NCBI GenBank assembly: GCA_047602885.1
Contig: JBLKOQ010000002.1
Coordinates: forward strand, 5,464-69,463
Source of the DNA: Candidatus Woesearchaeota archaeon
GTDB lineage: Archaea; Nanobdellota; Nanobdellia; Woesearchaeales; WAPJ01
Length of the DNA: 64,000 nucleotides
Direction: 5' to 3'
Below, piece after piece: positions 56,992 through 64,000 of this stretch. How positions within the stretch are numbered: the stretch's first letter is position 1; every line of letters starts with the position of its first letter. Both the position numbers and the translations under genes were made by a program. Under the pieces are notes generated by a model. That model searched no databases. It was not told where the DNA came from and was given only the letters and a program-made list of their open reading frames with translations.

Positions 56992-59622
56992 TTATGATGC
57001 TCTTATTCCTCTTGCCTTGTCAAGTTCTATTTTGGCCATGACCTGGTTGTGCATTCTCTTAATGAAATCATGCCTGTCCTCTATTCGTATAAGGTCGCTT
57101 CTCCCCTGCAATAATATATTAAAAGAGAAAGGGCTTGGTATTCCTATGTTTCTCTCTTCCACCATTATCCTTTTGCTCTCTATTCCTTCTATTATCTTCA
57201 TGGCATTGCCTATGTCCATCATGTCCTCTAATACTTCTCTTCTCGCCTCTTTTAGTATGGGAAAGTCTTCAGATATTCCTTTGACAGTTTTCAAGAGTTT
57301 CATGCTGCTAACTTGCTGCCTGCCAGCAGTTTTGGACCTTCCTTTATAATTCCTTAGTATCATAAGCGATCTTGCAGCGCAGTGCCTAAACCTTCTTCCC
57401 AATACTTCAGAATTTTCTATTGCATGTTCCATAAGCAAGCCGAGTTTTTCTGCTCTAAGGTACGATATTATCTTATTGGTATTAAACTCTTGTCTCGTCA
57501 TTATGTAAAAGCCGCTGTCAGTAATCCCTACCTGTACGTCTCTTCCATGTATCTTTCCTGCTATGAATGCTATAGCCCTGCTAAGTACATCATTAACCCT
57601 TCTCCCGTATATTGCATTGAACAATAGATAAGTGTATCCTTGGTCCTTGTACCTCTCTACGATTATGTGCTCATGATGCGGTATTTGCATAAAATCATAC
57701 TGTTCTCTCAGATAATTGTGTATTGCTGTTGCAGTATTTTGATTGCAATGAATGTATTCCATTATCCATTCTATTATATAATCAGTATTAGTGTTGCTCT
57801 CATACAATTCCCTAATCTTTTTTCTGAGTCTTCCTATTTCGAGTGCTGTGTCATGGCTTAATGGGAGCATTTCTGAATGCCAGCTTGGAATGGTAGGGGG
57901 CCTGTCTATACTCCCTTGTACGAAGGCTACCATGCCCTGAGCATGCAAGAACATATACTTTTCTCCTCCAAGAACGAATACATCTCCTTTTCTTAGCCTT
58001 TCCAGGAATATCTCGTCAATCTTTCCTACTATATTATCTGATCCTTTGATCTTAACGCTTACATGGCTCTCGTCAGGAATAGTGCCAATGTTAGTCATGA
58101 ATATTATTCTTGCATTCTTCCCCCTGCTTCCTATCATGTTAGTGGTATTGTCATACCATATCTTTGCATATACATTCCTCTTTTCGAGTATTGGAAAGTT
58201 ACCCTTAAGGTATTCTATTATGCTAAGATAGTCTTCCCTGGACAAATCCTTGTAAGGATAAGCCTTTCTTATGAGGCTGTATAGCTCTTCGATATCCCAT
58301 GGTTGTGTAATGCAAAAACCATATACTTGTTGCGCCAGGACATCCAATGATCCTAATGGTATGTGAATATTGTCTATCTTTCTTTCAAAAGCGCATTTTG
58401 ATATTATGCTGCATTCTATTAGGTCGTCCCTGTCCATTGCAAGTAATCGTCCTATGCTTGTCTCGTGCAGCTTATGGCCTGCTCTTCCTATCCTCTGCAA
58501 TGCTCTTGACACGCTCTTAGGACTCCCTAATAGTATGACTAAGTCTATTGTGCCTATGTCTATTCCTAACTCTAGACTGGTAGAACAGACTACTGCCCTT
58601 AGTTTTCCTTCCCTTAGACTCTTTTCTATTCCGTGCCTTACTGTTTTTGAGAGGCTACTATGATGGGCTCCTATCCTGACTGTTCCTTTCTCTCCTATCG
58701 CCCCGTACTCTAGGGGATATTTTTCTTTCAGGGTATTGACCACTCTTTCTGTGGCGCTCCTCGTATTGGTGAATATTAGTGTGGTCTTGTGAGAGAGTAT
58801 CATCTCGTGCATTGTCCGATAGAGTCTTTCCTGTATTATGGCAGGTTTTGATGATATCATATCATTTACTGGTGTTATAGTCTTAAGGTCAAGCTTTTTT
58901 GTGAAACTAACATCTATTATCATAATGTCTCTTTCATGCCCATTGTCATATCCTGTCATGAATTCTGCTACCCTTTCTATAGGACTGATGGTTGCTGATA
59001 GTCCTATTCTTGATACTCCATTGTTATAGTACTGGAGTTTTTCGAAAGTCAGGCTGGCATGTGTTCCTCTCTTGTTTTCTGCTAGGCTGTGTATCTCGTC
59101 CATTATCAGGTATTGTACCGACTTTAGTGATTCTATGAACTTTTTTGTAGTCATCATTATACCAAGGCTTTCAGGAGTGGTTATTAGTATGTGAGGCGGT
59201 TTTCTTAGCATCTTCTGTCTCTCGCTCGCACTAGTGTCTCCTGTGCGTGTTGCTATCCCGATTCCCAGTTTTTTCCCATGCTCTTTTTCTATGCCCTTTA
59301 ATGGTTCTAAGAGGTTGACTTTTATGTCCTCATTAAGCGCTTTTAATGGACTTACGTATACTGCATAGACCTTATCTTCTAGTATTCCGTTTATTGACAG
59401 TCCTGTAAGCTCGTTTAGCACTGACAGGAATGCTGTAAGCGTCTTGGTGCTGCCTGTAGGAGCGCTTAACAGTACATTTCTCCTGCTGTGTATCTCCATT
59501 ACCCCGTACAATTGTGGGAGACTGTATGACGGAAATGTATTATGGAACCATTTCTTTACAGGCTCGCACAATATCCTATCAATATCCTCAGGAGTATTGG
59601 GTTTTTTTTTGTATGATATCAT
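56992..59622 (-). CDS. lhr: Lhr-family ATP-dependent helicase
   Basis: APTGSTKT, TTPES, DEIH, LSAT, LELGIDIG and QRIGRAGH. Confidence 0.94.
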   Translation of the reverse strand: MISYKKKPNTPEDIDRILCEPVKKWFHNTFPSYSLPQLYGVMEIHSRRNVLLSAPTGSTKTLTAFLSVLNELTGLSINGILEDKVYAVYVSPLKALNEDIKVNLLEPLKGIEKEHGKKLGIGIATRTGDTSASERQKMLRKPPHILITTPESLGIMMTTKKFIESLKSVQYLIMDEIHSLAENKRGTHASLTFEKLQYYNNGVSRIGLSATISPIERVAEFMTGYDNGHERDIMIIDVSFTKKLDLKTITPVNDMISSKPAIIQERLYRTMHEMILSHKTTLIFTNTRSATERVVNTLKEKYPLEYGAIGEKGTVRIGAHHSSLSKTVRHGIEKSLREGKLRAVVCSTSLELGIDIGTIDLVILLGSPKSVSRALQRIGRAGHKLHETSIGRLLAMDRDDLIECSIISKCAFERKIDNIHIPLGSLDVLAQQVYGFCITQPWDIEELYSLIRKAYPYKDLSREDYLSIIEYLKGNFPILEKRNVYAKIWYDNTTNMIGSRGKNARIIFMTNIGTIPDESHVSVKIKGSDNIVGKIDEIFLERLRKGDVFVLGGEKYMFLHAQGMVAFVQGSIDRPPTIPSWHSEMLPLSHDTALEIGRLRKKIRELYESNTNTDYIIEWIMEYIHCNQNTATAIHNYLREQYDFMQIPHHEHIIVERYKDQGYTYLLFNAIYGRRVNDVLSRAIAFIAGKIHGRDVQVGITDSGFYIMTRQEFNTNKIISYLRAEKLGLLMEHAIENSEVLGRRFRHCAARSLMILRNYKGRSKTAGRQQVSSMKLLKTVKGISEDFPILKEARREVLEDMMDIGNAMKIIEGIESKRIMVEERNIGIPSPFSFNILLQGRSDLIRIEDRHDFIKRMHNQVMAKIELDKARGIRAS

Positions 59623-59690
59623 TATTATCAGTGGGGATGGATACGAATGCTATTTATAAGAAGTGCCAAAATAATAATAGTAATAATAAG

Positions 59691-59788
59691 AATCAACAAC
59701 CCCGAGCTAAAGGGCGCGGTATGTTGGAGTTAATGGTCAAACTACTATCGGCCTAAAGACCGAGGTATCAACCCAACCCATTAACAAT
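59691..59788 (+). mobile_element. Palindromic element family B, copy 3
   Basis: 98 nt, near-identical to the other two copies. Confidence 0.75.
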
Positions 59789-59828
59789 GATAAAATAAAA
59801 TACCAATATCAAAATAATTATTTTAATA

Positions 59829-60284
59829 TTACTTTCTTGCCTTCTCTATCTTGCCCCTTAGCAAGGCGTCAAGTGACTGGTCGTTAACCTTTATGACTTG
59901 CCATCTGACTCCTGGAATGTCTCCTTTAGCTCTTCCCTGTTTACCGCCAATACTCTCAATAATTACTTCGTCGTGTTCGTCCATGAGTTTTATTGCGCCG
60001 TCTCCAGGAGCGAATGCCGTTACCTGCCTGCCGTTCTTGATTAACTGTACTTTAACACACTTTCTCTTGGCCGAATTAGGCTGCTTTGCTTCCAACTCCA
60101 CTTTTTCGAGTATTATGCCCCTAGCCTGGGATGCTCCTCCCAGGGGGTCTGACTTTTGCTTGAGCCTTAATGCTCTTCTCTTATAGTTCTTGTCACTCCA
60201 CCTGAAGATGCTCCTTCTCTTTTGGAGTGATGATCCCGCGTTTAGTCCGTTTGATTTCTTGGCCATAATGATTGGCATCTCCAT
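59829..60284 (-). CDS. rps12: 30S ribosomal protein uS12
   Basis: [12 protein letters not shown] and GDIPGVRW. Confidence 0.98.
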   Translation of the reverse strand: MEMPIIMAKKSNGLNAGSSLQKRRSIFRWSDKNYKRRALRLKQKSDPLGGASQARGIILEKVELEAKQPNSAKRKCVKVQLIKNGRQVTAFAPGDGAIKLMDEHDEVIIESIGGKQGRAKGDIPGVRWQVIKVNDQSLDALLRGKIEKARK

Positions 60285-60290
60285 CTGTTT

Positions 60291-61097
60291 TTAAGCGTTA
60301 TGGTCTTTCTTGTCCTTATCGTCTTCTTCAGGACTGTATTCGTCCACATCTTTTTTGTCCTGTTCTATTTCTTTCTTTTCTTCTAAGAGGTCTTTATGCT
60401 CTTCCATTTCTTCTAGAACCTCTTTTACTAGCTCTTCATCTGATTCTATAGGCCTTTCAGGCGTGTCTAGACCGTCTATAACAGGCTTATTATCATCCAT
60501 ACTCTGCTCTTCATTACTCTCTGAGATGAGGGTGCTTTCTGTTTCTTTAGTATCGTCTTTTAGGAGTTTTTCTTTATCCACTGTACTGTCTTCAGGCTCT
60601 GGTTCATTGGATTCTTCTTTTACCATAGTCTTATCACTCTCACTAGTCGATTGTATTGTTTCCTCTTCACGGGGCCTTCCTACTTTCGCTTCTTCTATCT
60701 TAAAATACCTTTGTATTATCTTCTCTGTCTCCCTAAGCTTTATGGCCTGTCTCCCTATCATAAGGCCTCTGCTCAGCGTGTCTTTGGGTATTACTGTTAC
60801 AATACTATTCTCTTCATCATACAATACTTCTTCGGGTATGAGTGGAAAAGTGGTGTTTTTCACGAATACTTTTATGTCAGGACTGTACTCTATTATCTTA
60901 ATCTTCTTTTTTAGCTGTTCTGCAAGCTTCTTAACATTAGTGCCTGCCTTGCCTACTGCTTTTCCTATCTGTCCGGGCTCTACTACAAATACCTGCAGGT
61001 CTCCCACTTCAAAAGCGTCTTTAAGCTTTGAAGCTGTTATCTTCTCGAATATCTTCATTACCTGCATCGACTGAGAATCATATTTTATCCTGCTCAT
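60291..61097 (-). CDS. nusA: Archaeal NusA with a long acidic C-terminal extension
   Basis: Two KH domains (GKAVGKAG, MIGRQA). The ATG overlaps the rpl30e stop. Confidence 0.93.
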   Translation of the reverse strand: MSRIKYDSQSMQVMKIFEKITASKLKDAFEVGDLQVFVVEPGQIGKAVGKAGTNVKKLAEQLKKKIKIIEYSPDIKVFVKNTTFPLIPEEVLYDEENSIVTVIPKDTLSRGLMIGRQAIKLRETEKIIQRYFKIEEAKVGRPREEETIQSTSESDKTMVKEESNEPEPEDSTVDKEKLLKDDTKETESTLISESNEEQSMDDNKPVIDGLDTPERPIESDEELVKEVLEEMEEHKDLLEEKKEIEQDKKDVDEYSPEEDDKDKKDHNA

Positions 61098-61381
61098 TTT
61101 TTGAGAACACCCACCATGGTTACTCTGAATTGTTTCCTGCATGCAATGCCCAGATCCTCTGAATTGGCCGATACCTGGCTTGCCTTAACGCCCATTATCT
61201 CTGCATTATGCATTATGTCTTCTATCATGTTCTTAGGGGCATTTCTTGCAATGAACACATACTCGAGTTTGTCATTTCTAATAGCATTCATAGTGGACTC
61301 GTTCCCTATGACTATAGCCCCTTTCTTGTGCGCATTCCTTATTATGTCCAGTGCCGAATCCGTTTTAGTCATTTTTTTCAC
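61094..61381 (-). CDS. rpl30e: 50S ribosomal protein eL30
   Basis: IVIG, IARNAP and DLGIACRKQF, in the conserved operon position. Confidence 0.95.
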   Translation of the reverse strand: MKKMTKTDSALDIIRNAHKKGAIVIGNESTMNAIRNDKLEYVFIARNAPKNMIEDIMHNAEIMGVKASQVSANSEDLGIACRKQFRVTMVGVLKK

Positions 61382-61393
61382 CTATACAATCTT

Positions 61394-62536
61394 TTAAGTA
61401 TTACTTTTTTTTAAGTCCATTACTATTCTGGGAAGTCCAGTTCCTGAGGGTATATGCTGGTTAACCATGACATTCTCGACTATGCTGCTCATCTTGTCGT
61501 TCTCACCAATTATAGAAGCATTAATAACATGGTTTATTGCTGTCTCAAACGATGCTCTTGCAAGAACAGAGCTCTTTTCTCTAATTACTCCGTACCTTGT
61601 AATTCCTTTAACACCGCTTCCATTGCACATGGTGTCTGCTACGAGCATCACATGCCTAATGTCTACATTAAGGCCTTGGTTGCTCATAACCTTGTATACC
61701 TCGTTTATTATTGCCTGCCTTGCAGCCTCTATTCCAAAATACTGGCTTATCTCCTCAATATCATTAGTTGTTGACCTATAAGTGTCTACATACTCTTTTT
61801 TCATGATATCCTTTATGTTGGAACCTGCAGTCACTATGACAAACTCCTCACCTCTTCGAACGGGAAGTACCTGTGATATTCCTTTAATTCCTGATATTGG
61901 CACTACTTTTAGCTTATCTTTTACTTTGTACAATTCATTAAAGTTATCTTCCTTGGATTTGAATGTAAATTTCAATACATAATCCTCTTTTACATCAACT
62001 TTTAGCTTCTTGAGTATCTTGTTAAGCTTCTTAGCAAGCTCTTCTGTAGACAACTCTATATCAGCCAATTTTTCTTTACGTAATGATACTTCTACAGAGA
62101 ACTCTTCTAGTATTATTGCGAACTCTTCTGCAACCTCGTATAATTGTGTTTCTTTAACCTGAAGGGCTATCTTTCTTACATCCTTCTCGTTATTGTATTC
62201 TTTTTTAAGATATACTTCCATGGAAGGCGTTGCTATTTCTTTTCTTCCGTCCAGTATCTCGATTATTCTAGGAAGGCCTGTAGTTACATTTAGTTCTGCT
62301 ACTCCACCATAGTGTTTTGTGTTTAGTGTCATTTGTGTGGAAGGCTCTCCTATGCTCTCAGCGCTTATTATGCCCACACTTTCTCCTGCCTCTACTAGTG
62401 CATGCTCATATTCATCTTCCACTATGAGCCTAATCTTGTTCTGTTCTCTTTTGCCCCATCCCTTCTTTTGGGCTTGGGATTCGATTTCTGATGCGAGCAT
62501 CCCCGGAATTTCTATATTTTTCTTCTTTGTAGTCAT
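61394..62536 (-). CDS. rpoA2: RNA polymerase subunit Rpo1C (A'')
   Basis: [24 protein letters not shown] and ARASFE. Confidence 0.98.
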   Translation of the reverse strand: MTTKKKNIEIPGMLASEIESQAQKKGWGKREQNKIRLIVEDEYEHALVEAGESVGIISAESIGEPSTQMTLNTKHYGGVAELNVTTGLPRIIEILDGRKEIATPSMEVYLKKEYNNEKDVRKIALQVKETQLYEVAEEFAIILEEFSVEVSLRKEKLADIELSTEELAKKLNKILKKLKVDVKEDYVLKFTFKSKEDNFNELYKVKDKLKVVPISGIKGISQVLPVRRGEEFVIVTAGSNIKDIMKKEYVDTYRSTTNDIEEISQYFGIEAARQAIINEVYKVMSNQGLNVDIRHVMLVADTMCNGSGVKGITRYGVIREKSSVLARASFETAINHVINASIIGENDKMSSIVENVMVNQHIPSGTGLPRIVMDLKKSNT

Positions 62537-62548
62537 CTGCTATCACCG

Positions 62549-64000
62549 TTATGAGTTCTCTTCCATCTCAGCTGCTATTCTTAAGACGTTGACCTTTCCC
62601 CCTTCTGATTTTGAAACGTCTATGCCATCCTCGCCGTACCTGAACTGTATTATCTTTCCTGAGCTGTCCCTTACAGTATCGTCATATTCCACTCTTAGGT
62701 CCTGCATAGCATTGGCTAGTCTCCTATACAAGTACCCTGATCTTGGCGTTCTAAGAGCTGTGTCCATCAGGCTGTCTCTTCCTACCATTGCCTGGAAGAA
62801 GAACTCGTGAGGCTGGAGTCCTGACTTAAAATTGCTTCTTATGAATCCGTGAGCATCTGCCCCTAAGTCTCCCTTGGCAAAACAACTTAGTGTCCTACCA
62901 TTGTATCCCTTGTTTATTCTTCCTCCCATTAGGGCTTGTTGTCCTACAACTCCCGATATCTGCGCCAGATTAAGTATGTTTCCTCTTGCACCTGACCTTG
63001 CCATTATTTCTATATGATTGTCTTCAGGCGTTTTTTCATAGAGCAACTCTCCTACCTTGTTTCTAACGCTGTTTAGTACCTCAAGTACGCTTAGTTCAAG
63101 TGTTTCCTTGTCCGTCTTTCCTGGAAAACTCTCTATCTTTCCTTGCTCATACTTCTTGATTAGCATCTGCACTTGCTTGTCTGTTTCTGCTAGTATGCTT
63201 GATATTCTTGATTCCGATTCAGAATCTATATCTGTTTCTGAAAGCTTAACAGTAAAACCTCTCATGAGAAGATAGTATATTCCCATCCTGCTCATCTGCC
63301 CTATTATTTCCATGGCTCTCTTGCTTCCATACCTTTTGTTAAGGTTTCTTAGCATCAGTCCTGCACCTTCTCCAAGATTGGCCTTGTCCATTACACCTTC
63401 TACCAATATGCCGTTGGTTATCCTTACTATTTTCTTGTCCCTTGATTTGGATACAAAAGTGAAATCGTCAGGTAGCACCTGGCTGAATATCTCTTTGCCA
63501 GTAAGGTGTTTTTTTCTTGGCAGCCTAGCATATTCTTTGACTCCTGCAAAAGCAAGAAGTCTTAAGGCATCATAGTATGGTATCTTGTCATTCTTTGTAA
63601 GCAGGTATAATCCTGATATTCCGTCCTGCATTAGTCCTATAATGCTTAGGCCGTATCTTGGACTGTTAAGCTGTGTCTGTACTTCCATTAGGTTCATTAC
63701 TTCTGACATCGCCTCTTCATTTTGTGGAATATGAATATTCATAGCGTCCCCGTCAAAATCTGCATTGTATGGAGCGCATACATTCGGATTAATCCTTAGT
63801 GTTCTGTATGGCATTACTCTTATTCTGTGTCCCATCATAGAATTCCTGTGGAGGCTTGGCTGCCTGTTGAATATGCTTATGTCTCCGTCCATTAGATGCC
63901 TTTCTACAATGTAGCCTGGCGTGAGTTCTTCGAGCGCTGCTTCTATCGTCTCTTCAGTAAGCCTTTTTCTCCTACCGTCAGGCCTTATGAGATAGTTTGC
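62549..64000 (-). CDS. rpoA1: RNA polymerase subunit Rpo1N (A'), 5'-partial
   Basis: FNRQPSLH, NADFDGD and SGYLYRRL. The frame is open to the window edge. Confidence 0.98.
   Translation of the reverse strand, partial: ANYLIRPDGRRKRLTEETIEAALEELTPGYIVERHLMDGDISIFNRQPSLHRNSMMGHRIRVMPYRTLRINPNVCAPYNADFDGDAMNIHIPQNEEAMSEVMNLMEVQTQLNSPRYGLSIIGLMQDGISGLYLLTKNDKIPYYDALRLLAFAGVKEYARLPRKKHLTGKEIFSQVLPDDFTFVSKSRDKKIVRITNGILVEGVMDKANLGEGAGLMLRNLNKRYGSKRAMEIIGQMSRMGIYYLLMRGFTVKLSETDIDSESESRISSILAETDKQVQMLIKKYEQGKIESFPGKTDKETLELSVLEVLNSVRNKVGELLYEKTPEDNHIEIMARSGARGNILNLAQISGVVGQQALMGGRINKGYNGRTLSCFAKGDLGADAHGFIRSNFKSGLQPHEFFFQAMVGRDSLMDTALRTPRSGYLYRRLANAMQDLRVEYDDTVRDSSGKIIQFRYGEDGIDVSKSEGGKVNVLRIAAEMEENS

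Noticed and set aside
60310..61074. Long antisense ORFs (e.g. 60310..61074, 28525..29190, 56275..56859)
   Set aside because: They are shadow frames opposite well-supported genes, with Ser/Leu/Phe-biased composition.
1..64000. CRISPR array or cas genes
   Set aside because: No regularly spaced direct repeats or cas-like ORFs were seen. The repeat families found are dispersed.

Overview
Mostly core-genome window from an archaeon. Reduced gene clusters, dispersed CCA-less tRNAs and lineage-typical hypothetical proteins point to a DPANN lineage such as Woesearchaeota, but that assignment is an inference. The window carries the exosome/proteasome cluster (pop5-psmA-SBDS-rrp4-rrp41-rrp42-rpoK), rpl7ae-rps28e-rpl24e-ndk-EF2-EF1a-rps10, rpoL-rpl1-rpl10-rpl12, PIN-rpoE'-spt4-rps24e-rps27ae and rpoA'-rpoA''-rpl30e-nusA-rps12. 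It also has LonB, a thermosome subunit, GluRS, Lhr, Rad50, XerA and eight tRNA genes, two with introns. No CRISPR array or rRNA gene was recognised. The main non-routine observations are: (1) two dispersed copies of a 94-nt GC-rich element whose substitutions preserve an RNA fold, a candidate undescribed ncRNA family; (2) a dif-like 11-6-11 site near xerA, with the segment bracketed by diverged AT-rich inverted repeats next to a coiled-coil/winged-helix gene; (3) a tRNA-Met intron with box C/D-like motifs and a guide complementary to its own anticodon; (4) a Tat-signal lytic transglycosylase and an Lnt-like protein in an archaeon; (5) three copies of a 98-nt IS200/IS605-type palindromic element; (6) an N-terminally truncated Hel308; (7) homopolymer frameshifts in rps27ae and an island gene; (8) several small ORFs missed by the ORF track, including a short histone, an acidic micropeptide, an orphan antitoxin and a zinc ribbon.
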